NCBI GenBank assembly: GCA_029240075.1
Contig: JARBTQ010000008.1
Coordinates: 2,284-66,283, forward strand
DNA length: 64,000 nucleotides
Source of the DNA: Chlamydiales bacterium
Lineage (GTDB): Bacteria; Chlamydiota; Chlamydiia; Chlamydiales; JARBTQ01
Direction: 5' to 3'
The position numbers and the translations under genes are program-made. The notes under the pieces were generated by a model, which ran no database searches, had not been told where the DNA came from, and saw nothing but the letters and a program-made list of their open reading frames with translations. Shown here in pieces: positions 1 through 11,761 of this stretch; within the stretch, counting starts at the first letter, position 1; the number at the start of each line of letters is the position of its first letter.

Positions 1-570
1 TGTTGAAATCGTATAATGCGATGGCAATCTAGCTGGTATGTTTACTATCGGAGAGGAATTCTCTTTATCATTTTTATGGTCACAAGACCTACTAAGAGGA
101 GTTTTCTTTACAGCTGCATTGCTAAATTCTGAACTAGAAACTTCTGGGCTTGAGGATGGGCCTGGAATAGGATTATAATTACGATATTCAATTTGTAATT
201 CATCACATAAATGATTAAAACCAGGTAAAACAGCGTCTGATTGTACTTTTCGGAGAGTATAAGGATAAGGATTCTTAACGCTCAAATTTATAGATAATCG
301 CCTATCTGAGGTTTTAATTTGTTTTAGTGAGATAATACGCTTTTTGTAAGCAATACGTCGTTGGTTGTTAGGCCATGAGCATGAATATTGCTCCTCTGAA
401 TAGTCATTTACATGCTCACGTATACTTTTCTCAAACTGATCTATTAAAGATTTTACATTTGAGAGTGCCCGAGGTCTAGCCGAAGAAATCGATGTTGGTC
501 CATCTTTCAGATTATCTGCGCCCATCGAGTCAGCGGCTATACAATTATTGGTAGTTATAATATTTTGCAT
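1..570 (-). CDS. hypothetical protein, N-terminal portion (ORF runs off the left edge of the window)
   Basis: Hand translation of the minus strand from the ATG at 568-570 (MQNIITTNNCIAADSMGADNLKDGPTSISS...) stays open for about 190 codons to position 1. It is absent from the track because it has no in-window stop. No recognisable domain. Confidence 0.45.
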   Translation of the reverse strand, partial: MQNIITTNNCIAADSMGADNLKDGPTSISSARPRALSNVKSLIDQFEKSIREHVNDYSEEQYSCSWPNNQRRIAYKKRIISLKQIKTSDRRLSINLSVKNPYPYTLRKVQSDAVLPGFNHLCDELQIEYRNYNPIPGPSSSPEVSSSEFSNAAVKKTPLSRSCDHKNDKENSSPIVNIPARLPSHYTIST

Positions 571-695
571 TCTAATTCCATTACATTTTGATTACAAAGC
601 TTTCTTATCTGTTATTCACAATCCCCTTTTTTGCCTTAAATGAATAAAAGATTGCAATTGGTTTATGGATAAGTTATTAAACAGGAAGTTTAAAA

Positions 696-1397
696 ATGGA
701 TTTAGACCAAATGACCTATACTATTAAAGAGATCCCACTTAATGATCGTCCTAGAGAAAGATTAGAACTTTATGGCGCAGATATTCTATCTAGTGCTGAG
801 TTGTTGGCCATTGTACTGGGAAGTGGAACTAAAGGTAAATCTGTTTTGGTACTAGCCCAAGAAATTTTAGCTTACTTTGGCGATCCATCTAAAATTAACG
901 AATCTTCAATTCAAGAATTATGCCAAGTAAAGGGATTAGGCAAAGCTAAAGCTATTCAAATTAAAGCTGCGATTAATTTAGGAATACGTGCCGCAAGAAC
1001 AGAAAATAAACTAAAAGTAGCTCTTTCGACTCCTTCGCAAGCTTATGCTTGGATTCGCGATGCTTTAGAGCATCGCAAAGAGGAATGTTTTGCTGTTATT
1101 TTGCAGGATACAAAAGGGTGTGCTATACGTTATGAAATTATATCTATTGGTACTCTTTCAAATACTTTAGTGCATCCCCGCGAAGTTTTTTTCCCAGCTA
1201 TACGTCACAAAGCAGCTAGCATCATCATTGCACATAACCACCCTAGTGGTGATCCTACCCCCTCTGATAATGATTATGAGTTGACTAAACTTTTAATCAA
1301 TGCGGGCAAAACCATTAAGATTCTTGTTAATGATCATCTAATTATAGGGCATGACAAATATGTTTCCTTAAGACAACATGGATTCTCCTTCGAGTAA
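696..1397 (+). CDS. radC: RadC-family JAB/MPN domain protein
   Basis: 233-aa ORF with an HhH-like GLGKAKAIQIKAA segment and the C-terminal JAMM-type motif HNHPSGDPTPSDND typical of RadC. AGGAAG lies just upstream of the ATG. Confidence 0.9.
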   Translation: MDLDQMTYTIKEIPLNDRPRERLELYGADILSSAELLAIVLGSGTKGKSVLVLAQEILAYFGDPSKINESSIQELCQVKGLGKAKAIQIKAAINLGIRAARTENKLKVALSTPSQAYAWIRDALEHRKEECFAVILQDTKGCAIRYEIISIGTLSNTLVHPREVFFPAIRHKAASIIIAHNHPSGDPTPSDNDYELTKLLINAGKTIKILVNDHLIIGHDKYVSLRQHGFSFE

Positions 1398-1421
1398 CTG
1401 GAGTTACAAATAAGGAAAATT

Positions 1422-2522
1422 TTAAATTATAGTTAAATTTAAAAAAAAAGCCTCTAATACGGTGCTTACTTTCATTGATCTTTCGACCCCTAATAAAGCT
1501 TTTTCAATCTGCTGTTGCACTGATTCAATACTTAGTATCCTAGATTGCTTTATTCGTTTTTTTAATAGGTCGAGAGCTAGCTGATGAAAAACAAAGGATT
1601 GTTGAACTCCAAAGGAAAGTAATTGTAAGTCTCTATACCACCATAAAACTAAAGTTAGAAATTGCCCTATGCGCTCTAAATAACGAGAACTTAGAGTACC
1701 AGCAATCTCTTTTTCAATAGAGTCTTTATGAAGAGCTGTCAGATCTTTATAAGGGGCGATTAAAGTATCGTGTAGATTTTTTTCTAACTCTTTCTTTTCG
1801 TGATCGATTTTTTTCTCTACTTCGATAACTAAATCTTGGATGGATTGGTAGCTCCATTGCTTTTCAGAAACAGATAACAGTTCATATAATAGATCTAAAA
1901 GAGGATCTTTTCCTTGATGATAAAGTTTATTAGCTTGGGCTAATGATCCTTGCGCCAAAGACGCAAAATGGTGAGCTTCTGTACTTGTTATTCCGTAAGA
2001 ATGAATCAGCCAGTTAGCGATCTCCTCCGGTTGTAGTGCCTGGAATTGCACACGACGGCAGCGGGAAGTGATTGTAGGTAAGAGCTGCTGGGGAGAGCTC
2101 GATATCAAAATAATAAGACTATCTTTAGCAGGTTCTTCGAAGGTTTTTAATAGAGCATTTGCACTCGATGGTAGCATTCTCTCTGCATCATACAGAATAA
2201 ATACTTTGGATTGTGCTTCATGGGGGTGCATGTAAACTTCTTCACAAAATTGACGCATGGAGTCAATGCTGTGCATGCCTGTTTTTCCTTCTGGTCTGTA
2301 AAGATGGATATCTGGGTGAGTCTTAGCTTGTAACTTGTTGCATTGCTTTTCCTTGCTGATTGCTAAAATAAATTCCGCACCAAAGGAGTAAGCAAACTCC
2401 CCTTTGCCTACTCCTTCAGGGCCAGAAAATAACCAGGAATTCCCAACGGCTTTGTTGAGTATTACTTGTTTGAGATGCTTTTTTACTCGATCATTTCCTA
2501 TAAGCTGTTCTAGAAAAATCAT
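1422..2522 (-). CDS. holB: DNA polymerase III delta-prime subunit
   Basis: Clamp-loader AAA+ motifs are present: GPEGVGKGEFA (P-loop-like), LLKTFEEP box and TSRCRRVQF (SRC motif). The track ORF extends to 2564. Met15 at 2522 abuts the tmk stop (2525) and is the more likely start. Confidence 0.8.
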   Translation of the reverse strand: MIFLEQLIGNDRVKKHLKQVILNKAVGNSWLFSGPEGVGKGEFAYSFGAEFILAISKEKQCNKLQAKTHPDIHLYRPEGKTGMHSIDSMRQFCEEVYMHPHEAQSKVFILYDAERMLPSSANALLKTFEEPAKDSLIILISSSPQQLLPTITSRCRRVQFQALQPEEIANWLIHSYGITSTEAHHFASLAQGSLAQANKLYHQGKDPLLDLLYELLSVSEKQWSYQSIQDLVIEVEKKIDHEKKELEKNLHDTLIAPYKDLTALHKDSIEKEIAGTLSSRYLERIGQFLTLVLWWYRDLQLLSFGVQQSFVFHQLALDLLKKRIKQSRILSIESVQQQIEKALLGVERSMKVSTVLEAFFLNLTII

Positions 2523-2524
2523 GT

Positions 2525-3169
2525 TTATTTTGTTGATCCGATAGATTCTGCTATTATTTGCCAAACTTTGTTAAATACTTGATCTGGCGATTCTGCGGCA
2601 TCGATAATATTGTATTGTTTAGGGGTTCTGTATTGAGCTAGTTTCACAAAACCTTCACGTACTTTGTTGTGAAAATTTAAATTTTCCAACTCCATACGGT
2701 CTTTAACACTACCTCTATGTCCAACGCGTTGCATGCCTATAAGAGGATCAATATCTAGGTAAAAAGTAAGATTTGGTTGTAATTCCTGAGCAGCCCAGTT
2801 TGATAAATGTTGCACCTCTTCTAAACCTAGAGCTCTTGCAATTCCTTGGTAAGCTATGGTTGAATCGTGAAATCTGTCACAAATAACTACTTTGCCTTGG
2901 CTTAATGAGGGCAAAATGACTTCTTCAACATGTTGTGCTCTTGCGGCTAGGAATAAGAGCAACTCTGCCCTTATTCCTATATTTAAAGATTCCCCAGAAT
3001 CTAAAATAAGGTTACGCACTTTTTCTGCTAACATACAGCCCCCAGGCTCTCGTGTTTGCACAAAAGGGATTTGCCTTGCTTGCAATTGGGCACAAATTTT
3101 TGTAATTAAAGTTGTTTTTCCTGCCCCTTCTCCCCCTTCAAAAGTTATGAAAGATTTTTTATGACTCAT
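2525..3169 (-). CDS. tmk: thymidylate kinase
   Basis: P-loop FITFEGGEGAGKTT and the CDRFHDST (DRF/Y) motif, 214 aa. It overlaps the gyrA stop by 11 nt, consistent with an operon. Confidence 0.92.
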   Translation of the reverse strand: MSHKKSFITFEGGEGAGKTTLITKICAQLQARQIPFVQTREPGGCMLAEKVRNLILDSGESLNIGIRAELLLFLAARAQHVEEVILPSLSQGKVVICDRFHDSTIAYQGIARALGLEEVQHLSNWAAQELQPNLTFYLDIDPLIGMQRVGHRGSVKDRMELENLNFHNKVREGFVKLAQYRTPKQYNIIDAAESPDQVFNKVWQIIAESIGSTK

Positions 3170-5684
3170 CAGGTTGTTCCATCTCCACAGCCTCTATGGT
3201 TGCAATCTCTTCATCTGCATCTCCAGCGGCATCTGCAACTTGTCCATCTATTTTCTGAATCGCGACAATCATATCTGGATCCTTGAGATTAGCTAGTTTG
3301 ACCCCTTGAGTATTACGTCCTAATACACGTAAACTGCTCATATTGAATCTAATAGTTTGACCAGATGAAGAAACCAAGAGAGCACTATCATTAGCAGCCA
3401 TACTCAATGCACCAACCACATCTCCATTTCGTTCACTTGTTACGATCGATTTAACACCACCTGTGCCACGATTAGTAATACGAAAATCGACAACAGAGGA
3501 GCGTTTACCAAAGCCTTTGCTACATACAACTAAAATAGTCTCCTCTTCCAAGCCATGGACTACCTCGCAGCTTACAACGTAATCTTCCTCTTTCAGATTG
3601 ACTCCTTTAACACCGCGCGCTGTGCGACCTAAAGAGCGTAATGCCGACTCATCAAAACGAACTGCCATCCCTTTTTTGGTAAATAACATAATCTGCTGTG
3701 TAGGCTTCACAAGTCTAGCAGCAACTACTTCATCCCCCTCATCAGGATTAATTGCATAAACTCCTTTACGGCGTGGATTACTGTAAGATTCTAGATCTGT
3801 CTTTTTAACTACTCCATATTTAGTCACTAGTAACATGGATGTTTCGATTTCTTTAAAATCTTTTACTGGTAAGGCTGTTGCAATTTTCTCATCGGGCTGA
3901 AGATCTTCAAGAAGCTGAACTAATGGTTTCCCTTTAGAACGGCGCCCTGTATCAGGAATCTGCCATACTTTTAGCCAGTAACAACGGCCGAAATTAGTAA
4001 TCAACAAGAGAGTTTCATGTGTTGAAGCAACGTATAAAGCCTTTAATACATCGTCTTCCCGCTTCATCTGGAAACCTGCTACCCCACTACCACCTCTTCG
4101 TTGTTCACGGAAAGTATCTAAAGGCATTCGCTTGATATAGTCATCGCCTGATAAGGTAATGACCACTGTTTCTTTAGGAATTAAATCCTCTAAATCCATT
4201 TCACCATCAGCTGGGATAATTTGAGAAAGGCGGGGTGAGGTATGAACTTTAGCTATTTCAGTGAGCTCATCCCTGATCACTCCGCGGATCAGAAGTTCAT
4301 CAGCTAAAAGTGAGCGATAGTAAGCAATTTTACGTTGTAACTCTTCATGTTCTTGTGTAATTTTTTCGCGTTCAAGTCCTGTTAACTGGTAAAGACGTAG
4401 CTCGAGGATGGCTATAGCTTGTCTATCACTAAAATCCATTTCAAGCATTAATTCTTGCTTAGCGGCTTCTTTGCTATCACTTGAGCGAATTAATTGTACT
4501 ACGCGATCTAGAACATCGATTGCACGCAAAAATCCTTCCAGGATATGAGCTCGAATTTCAGCCTTATTAAGTTCGAATAGAGTTCGTCTACGAATTACTT
4601 CAATACGGTGCTCAATCCATGCTAAAATAAGCTGTTTGACATTCATTGTACGTGGCAACCCTTTATCAAGGGCTAATATATTGCACCCAAAACTTGACTG
4701 GAGATCTGTAAACTTATAAAGCTGGTTAAGTGTAAAGTCGGGAATCTCCCCTTTTTTCAGTTCTATCACAATACGTAAGCCATTACGATCTGATTCATCG
4801 CGCAGGTCTGATATAGTAGAGATCTCTTTGTCGTTAATTAAGTCGGCAATATGTTCGATCAAGCGAGATTTATTAACATTATAAGGCAATTCTGTAACCA
4901 CAAGGCGATGACGGAGTCCATCTTGCATCTCCTCTATAGCAACAACTGCTCTCAATACAATCTTGCCCCTTCCTGTATGAAAAGCATCCCTAATTCCTTT
5001 ATACCCACAAATTATTCCCCCCGTAGGGAAGTCAGGCCCAGGCATAACGGTCAATATCTCGTCAATTGTGGTCATTGGATTTTCTAAAACAAGCAGAGTT
5101 GCTTGGATTAACTCTTTTAAATTATGGGGGGGAATATTTGTTGCCATACCCACGGCAATTCCTGAACAACCATTGCAAAGTAGATTTGGAAATTTAGCGG
5201 GAAATACTGTTGGTTCATCTTTTGTCTCATCATAGTTAGAAACAAATTCAACTGTATCTTTGTCCAAATCTTCCATAAGTTGTGTTGCAGAATGAGTTAG
5301 GCGAGCTTCTGTATAACGCATTGCCGCTGCATCATCACCGTCCACCGATCCAAAGTTTCCTTGCCCATCAATTAAGCGATAACGCATTACCCATTCTTGT
5401 GCTAGACGCACTAATGTAGGATAGATTACACTTTCACCGTGAGGATGGTAATCCCCTGAAGTGTCTCCACATATTTTAGCGCATTTTCTGTGTTTTGCAT
5501 TGGGCGTCAAGTTTAACTGCCGCATAGCGTAGAGAATTCTTCGTTGTGAAGGCTTTAAACCATCACGTGCGTCGGGTAGTGCTCTGGAGATAATCACAGA
5601 TAGTGAATAGCGCAGGTAACTTTCTCTTACTTCCTCTTCTACGTTACGAGGAAGAACAAGACCTATAGGATTTTCTGTAGTCAT
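3159..5684 (-). CDS. gyrA: DNA gyrase subunit A
   Basis: 841 aa. Catalytic-Tyr region AAAMRYTEARL, and GyrA-box QRRGGSG in the C-terminal domain, which argues for gyrase rather than topo IV. Confidence 0.97.
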   Translation of the reverse strand: MTTENPIGLVLPRNVEEEVRESYLRYSLSVIISRALPDARDGLKPSQRRILYAMRQLNLTPNAKHRKCAKICGDTSGDYHPHGESVIYPTLVRLAQEWVMRYRLIDGQGNFGSVDGDDAAAMRYTEARLTHSATQLMEDLDKDTVEFVSNYDETKDEPTVFPAKFPNLLCNGCSGIAVGMATNIPPHNLKELIQATLLVLENPMTTIDEILTVMPGPDFPTGGIICGYKGIRDAFHTGRGKIVLRAVVAIEEMQDGLRHRLVVTELPYNVNKSRLIEHIADLINDKEISTISDLRDESDRNGLRIVIELKKGEIPDFTLNQLYKFTDLQSSFGCNILALDKGLPRTMNVKQLILAWIEHRIEVIRRRTLFELNKAEIRAHILEGFLRAIDVLDRVVQLIRSSDSKEAAKQELMLEMDFSDRQAIAILELRLYQLTGLEREKITQEHEELQRKIAYYRSLLADELLIRGVIRDELTEIAKVHTSPRLSQIIPADGEMDLEDLIPKETVVITLSGDDYIKRMPLDTFREQRRGGSGVAGFQMKREDDVLKALYVASTHETLLLITNFGRCYWLKVWQIPDTGRRSKGKPLVQLLEDLQPDEKIATALPVKDFKEIETSMLLVTKYGVVKKTDLESYSNPRRKGVYAINPDEGDEVVAARLVKPTQQIMLFTKKGMAVRFDESALRSLGRTARGVKGVNLKEEDYVVSCEVVHGLEEETILVVCSKGFGKRSSVVDFRITNRGTGGVKSIVTSERNGDVVGALSMAANDSALLVSSSGQTIRFNMSSLRVLGRNTQGVKLANLKDPDMIVAIQKIDGQVADAAGDADEEIATIEAVEMEQPDES

Positions 5685-5702
5685 TATTAGTGCTCCTGCC
5701 CT

Positions 5703-8189
<2,487 letters not shown>

Positions 8190-8231
8190 TTATTGAATCC
8201 TACACCTTTTTTTACTAAAAACGGGAATGTA

Positions 8232-8558
8232 TTAACCCATACGAAAGACAATTGTCTTAATCATTGTATTGGGGAATTTTTCACGTAAACTTTTGATTAA
8301 TTTAGGCTTATCATATTGGTTTAATAAGCTATATAGAGTGGAATCCTTAACTTTTACAGTTAAAATACCAGCTTGAAAAGAGATGGGTTGAGTAAGCGGG
8401 GCCAATTTAGGACCTATAATCTCTGGCCAAGTTGCCAAAATAATATCACCACGATCTTTGTATGAGCGACTGATATTGCCTAGCACTTCAGGTAAGAGAT
8501 CGGAAAGCTTATGCCCAGTAACAGCAGTTCCCTGAAATTCTTTGGGATTTTTACGCAA
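8232..8558 (-). CDS. DUF721 / DciA-like small protein
   Basis: 108 aa, directly upstream of and co-oriented with gyrB. The pattern LATWPEIIGPKLAPLTQPISFQAGILTVKVKDSTL matches the DUF721 signature (W..ivG..la..t.p..l..g.L.v.v.s) as recalled. No HMM was run. Confidence 0.6.
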   Translation of the reverse strand: MRKNPKEFQGTAVTGHKLSDLLPEVLGNISRSYKDRGDIILATWPEIIGPKLAPLTQPISFQAGILTVKVKDSTLYSLLNQYDKPKLIKSLREKFPNTMIKTIVFRMG

Positions 8559-8702
8559 GTGAAAATCCTATTTTAATACATTAACGATTATCTTTATATA
8601 GAGTCATTATACACATTTTGCAGAGAAAAAGCAAGAGGTGGAAAGAGTTAAAATTCAACTCTTAAACTCTTTTAAATTGTAGGCTTAATGAAGAAAAAAG
8701 AA

Positions 8703-8775
8703 TAGCGGGGGAAGGATTCGAACCTCCGACCTTTGGGTTATGAGCCCAACGAGCTAGCCTCTGCTCCACCCCGCG
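8703..8775 (-). tRNA. tRNA-fMet (initiator, anticodon CAT), copy 1
   Basis: The reverse complement folds as a cloverleaf: CGCGGGG acceptor with a C1xU72 mismatch, anticodon arm TTGGG-CTCATAA-CCCAA with three consecutive G:C pairs (initiator hallmarks), and T-loop TTCGAAT. No encoded CCA. Confidence 0.85.
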
Positions 8776-8821
8776 TTATAAATGACAAATTGAACTGAAA
8801 ATATAAAGAATAAAGAGAAAA

Positions 8822-8895
8822 TAGCGGCAGTCGGACTTGAACCAACGACCCTCGGATTATGATTCCGATGCTCTAACCAACTGAGCTATACCGCC
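8822..8895 (-). tRNA. tRNA with CAT anticodon (elongator Met or lysidine-modified Ile2)
   Basis: Reverse complement GGCGGTA-TA-GCTCAGTTGGTTAGAGC-A-TCGGA-ATCATAA-TCCGA-GGGTC-GTTGG-TTCAAGT-CCGAC-TGCCGCT-A, with a regular 7-bp acceptor. Met versus Ile2 identity cannot be decided by eye. Confidence 0.8.
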
Positions 8896-8904
8896 ATCTG
8901 CAAT

Positions 8905-8977
8905 TAGCGGGGGAAGGACTCGAACCTCCGACCTTTGGGTTATGAGCCCAACGAGCTAGCCTCTGCTCCACCCCGCG
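8905..8977 (-). tRNA. tRNA-fMet (initiator, anticodon CAT), copy 2
   Basis: Identical to copy 1 except for one T-loop base (TTCGAGT versus TTCGAAT). It lies 9 nt upstream, in transcript sense, of the middle CAT tRNA. Confidence 0.85.
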
Positions 8978-9072
8978 TTATTAAAATCTGGCATAAGGTT
9001 AACAAAAGCTGCATTTTTGAGCAAAAAAAATATTAAGTGAATATTAACTACTATTTGTCAGCGACTTATAGT

Positions 9073-10914
9073 TCAAATCAATATTTTTTCCATTTCTTTA
9101 ACGAGATCATTAAATTTATTTATAACATTTTCAACAGGATGAGGGGATATAAGGTCTGCTCCTGCAATCTGCAATTGCTCCAAAGGATAAAGACTTCCAC
9201 CGCTCTTGAGAAAATTTAAATAAAGTTGACGCTCTTTTTCGCCACCTTGAAGCACTTTATCCGCTAAAGTCAAGGCTGCACTAACCCCTGTTGCGTATTG
9301 ATATACGTAGAAAGGTGAATAGAAATGAGGTATACGAGCCCATTCTATAGAGATCTCTTCATCTACCACCACACTATCTCCAAAATAGTCACGGTTCAAC
9401 TGAATGTATATATCTTTCACTTTTTGTGGTGTTAAAGGTTCTCTTTGCTCAATTAAGGTATGCATTTTCAATTCAAACTCAGCAAACATTGTCTGCCGGA
9501 AAAGCGTTCCTCTAATTTCTTCAAGTTTGTGGTTGATCAGGTAAGCTTTTTTTAGAGGATCATGGGATTGCTTTAGTAAATGCTGCAGCAATAACTCTTC
9601 ATTGAAAGTAGAGGCGACTTCAGCAACAAAAATAGTATATTCAGAATACTGATAAGGCTGATTTTGCCAACTTAAAGCACTGTGCATACTATGTCCAGCC
9701 TCATGTGCTAGAGTAAAAGCATCGTTAAGCTCCCCTGTAAAGTTCATTAAAATATAGGGGTAACTGTCGTAGCAACCGCTTGAATACGCTCCTGTTCGCT
9801 TAAACTTATTTTCATAACGATCAACCCATCCCTCTTGCATAAGGCCTTTTTCAAGACGGCTTTGATATTCGTTACCTAAAGGTGCAACAGACTCAATGAT
9901 CCACTGAACTGCTTTATCATAATCAACTTTAACATCTAATTCAGGTAATAAAGCTACGTACATATCGTAAAGATGCAATTCTGGTAAATTAAGGATCTTT
10001 TTCCTGAGATTATAATAGCTATGTAAAGCACTTAATCCCTTTCTAACAGTAGCTATTAGATTAGTATAAACTTTTGTATCAATATTTTTAGGAAATAACG
10101 CTGATTCTAAGTTAGACTTATAATGATGAGATTTTGCGTAAAAATTGTATGCTTGTAACTGTCCCTGGAATAATTCACAAAATGTATTTTCCTTTTCCAG
10201 ATATTTAGCATGTAGAGTTTGAAAACTATTTTTTCTTAAGGTGCGATCTTGGCTACGGATATACCCTTGGTAGGCAGCATGAGTTAACGGTAATTCTTGG
10301 TTTTGTGCGTCGGTCACTGTACCTAGATTTAGATCTGCATTATTAAGAGCAGAAAAACTTTTTCTAATCGCATCTAATGGTTGAGCTGCTAATGCAACTA
10401 GCTCTTCTTTTTCGGCGGATAAGGAGTGTTCTTTTAAATGACAAACTTTTTCTAGGTAAAATTTATATTCTTTTAATAGAGGATCCTTAATGTAATCTTC
10501 TAGAGTTTGTTTTGATAGAGTCAATAATTCAGGTTGTATCCAAGAACTTTCTTGCGCAAAGAGATGGTAAAGAGATGATATCTTTTGAAATTTTTGTTTA
10601 TGTAAATCGTGTGTAATATCCTCATCATGACGTAAGTGTGCATATGTATACAACTTACTGATTATCCTATCTAACGAAAAGTAAAGGTCTAAAGCTAGCT
10701 TTACATTTTCCCCTTTCTTTGCAAATGTGTGACGTAAAGCTTCTAACTGTGGCCAGACTTTTTGACCTGACTGAGATTGACATAATTCGGCATACTCCTT
10801 GTCCCATACGTCCCAATTTCCATATAAAGCATTTACATTCCAGGTATTGTTTGGTAGTACATCTGTGCGTAATTGACTCATATCCCGTATCTCCCCATTG
10901 TCGCCACTCTTCAT
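9073..10914 (-). CDS. pepF: oligoendopeptidase F (M3B family)
   Basis: 613 aa. Zinc motif HEAGHSMH followed by FVAEVASTFNE, with length and layout typical of PepF. An alternative start at Met12 (10881) is possible. Confidence 0.9.
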   Translation of the reverse strand: MKSGDNGEIRDMSQLRTDVLPNNTWNVNALYGNWDVWDKEYAELCQSQSGQKVWPQLEALRHTFAKKGENVKLALDLYFSLDRIISKLYTYAHLRHDEDITHDLHKQKFQKISSLYHLFAQESSWIQPELLTLSKQTLEDYIKDPLLKEYKFYLEKVCHLKEHSLSAEKEELVALAAQPLDAIRKSFSALNNADLNLGTVTDAQNQELPLTHAAYQGYIRSQDRTLRKNSFQTLHAKYLEKENTFCELFQGQLQAYNFYAKSHHYKSNLESALFPKNIDTKVYTNLIATVRKGLSALHSYYNLRKKILNLPELHLYDMYVALLPELDVKVDYDKAVQWIIESVAPLGNEYQSRLEKGLMQEGWVDRYENKFKRTGAYSSGCYDSYPYILMNFTGELNDAFTLAHEAGHSMHSALSWQNQPYQYSEYTIFVAEVASTFNEELLLQHLLKQSHDPLKKAYLINHKLEEIRGTLFRQTMFAEFELKMHTLIEQREPLTPQKVKDIYIQLNRDYFGDSVVVDEEISIEWARIPHFYSPFYVYQYATGVSAALTLADKVLQGGEKERQLYLNFLKSGGSLYPLEQLQIAGADLISPHPVENVINKFNDLVKEMEKILI

Positions 10915-11196
10915 TCAATAAAGTACATTAAACTTATTCATAGCTAAATTTAGTATAGCTTCTACGGCTCGCTCTGCATCCTCACCTTCAGCCTCTACTT
11001 GTATCTTTGCTCCCCAATTTGCTGACAAAGTTAAGATATCAAGAATCGACTTTGCATCAATGCACTGCTGATTATAAATCAGCCAAATATTAGATTTAAA
11101 AGTATGAGCACATCTAACCAGCTCAGTAGAAGGGCGCGTGTGTAACCCTTTTTTGTTAGAAACTACAAATGCGGATTTGGATTTAGTAGCAACCAT
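10915..11196 (-). CDS. ptsH: phosphocarrier protein HPr
   Basis: 93 aa. Active-site GLHTRPS (His15 equivalent) and regulatory Ser motif DAKSILDIL. The stop codon abuts the pepF start. Confidence 0.85.
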   Translation of the reverse strand: MVATKSKSAFVVSNKKGLHTRPSTELVRCAHTFKSNIWLIYNQQCIDAKSILDILTLSANWGAKIQVEAEGEDAERAVEAILNLAMNKFNVLY

Positions 11197-11294
11197 AAAC
11201 CACTTCCTAAATTTTGTTCTTTTGTTATTATAACGCGTCTCATATTTTCTGTAATTGTTTTAGCTAAGCCCTAAGTCAGTTTAGTTTTCGCAAT

Positions 11295-11345
11295 AAAAAC
11301 AAAAAACGATCCTATCCATTTACTTTTAATCGTAAATGGTAGGAT
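11295..11345 (-). terminator. Rho-independent terminator-like hairpin with no ORF upstream of it
   Basis: Minus strand reads ATCCTACCATTTAC-GATTAAAA-GTAAATGGATAGGAT (about 13 bp stem with one bulge) followed by CGTTTTTTGTTTTT. It sits about 100 nt upstream of the ptsH start, in the same orientation. Confidence 0.45.
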
Positions 11346-11761
11346 GCACCAAAAACCAGAGTGATACTAAAAACTGTACTTATCCCGCTTAGAGAGCCTT
11401 GAACGGCAATCCCGCGCTAATTCAATAATGTAACGGACAATGAACGAAACTAGAATAATGTTCAATAAAAAAGCCTAAGATAACCTCAATTATTTGAAGA
11501 TTAGAAGAGTACAACGCGATCAGTATTTTTCTTCACCCTACCTAGGTATTATTGCCATCCATTAAATCTTGGCATGCTATTTGCTAAATTCACATCTCCT
11601 AGGATTAAAGCAAATAGATGAGATCTCTTGAACATCCTCCTACCGACTGCCTTAGTAAACTCTTATAGAAAATTTTAGAAGAGACCTATTGGCTAAACAA
11701 GTTCAAGGAATTATTAAAAGTACCTAAATAAGTTTAAAATTCTATAGAGTGTGCTCAACAT

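Noticed and set aside
8600-9072. Possible integration hotspot or mobile element at the tRNA cluster, and likewise at tRNA-Leu (47.9 kb) and tRNA-Ser (60.1 kb).
   Set aside because: No integrase, transposase, direct repeats of tRNA 3' ends or phage-like genes were seen adjacent to any of the tRNA genes.
9037-10931. Short ORFs 9037-9219(+), 10667-10918(-) and 10719-10931(+) overlapping pepF.
   Set aside because: They overlap the well-supported M3 peptidase gene, and no motifs or RBS were seen.
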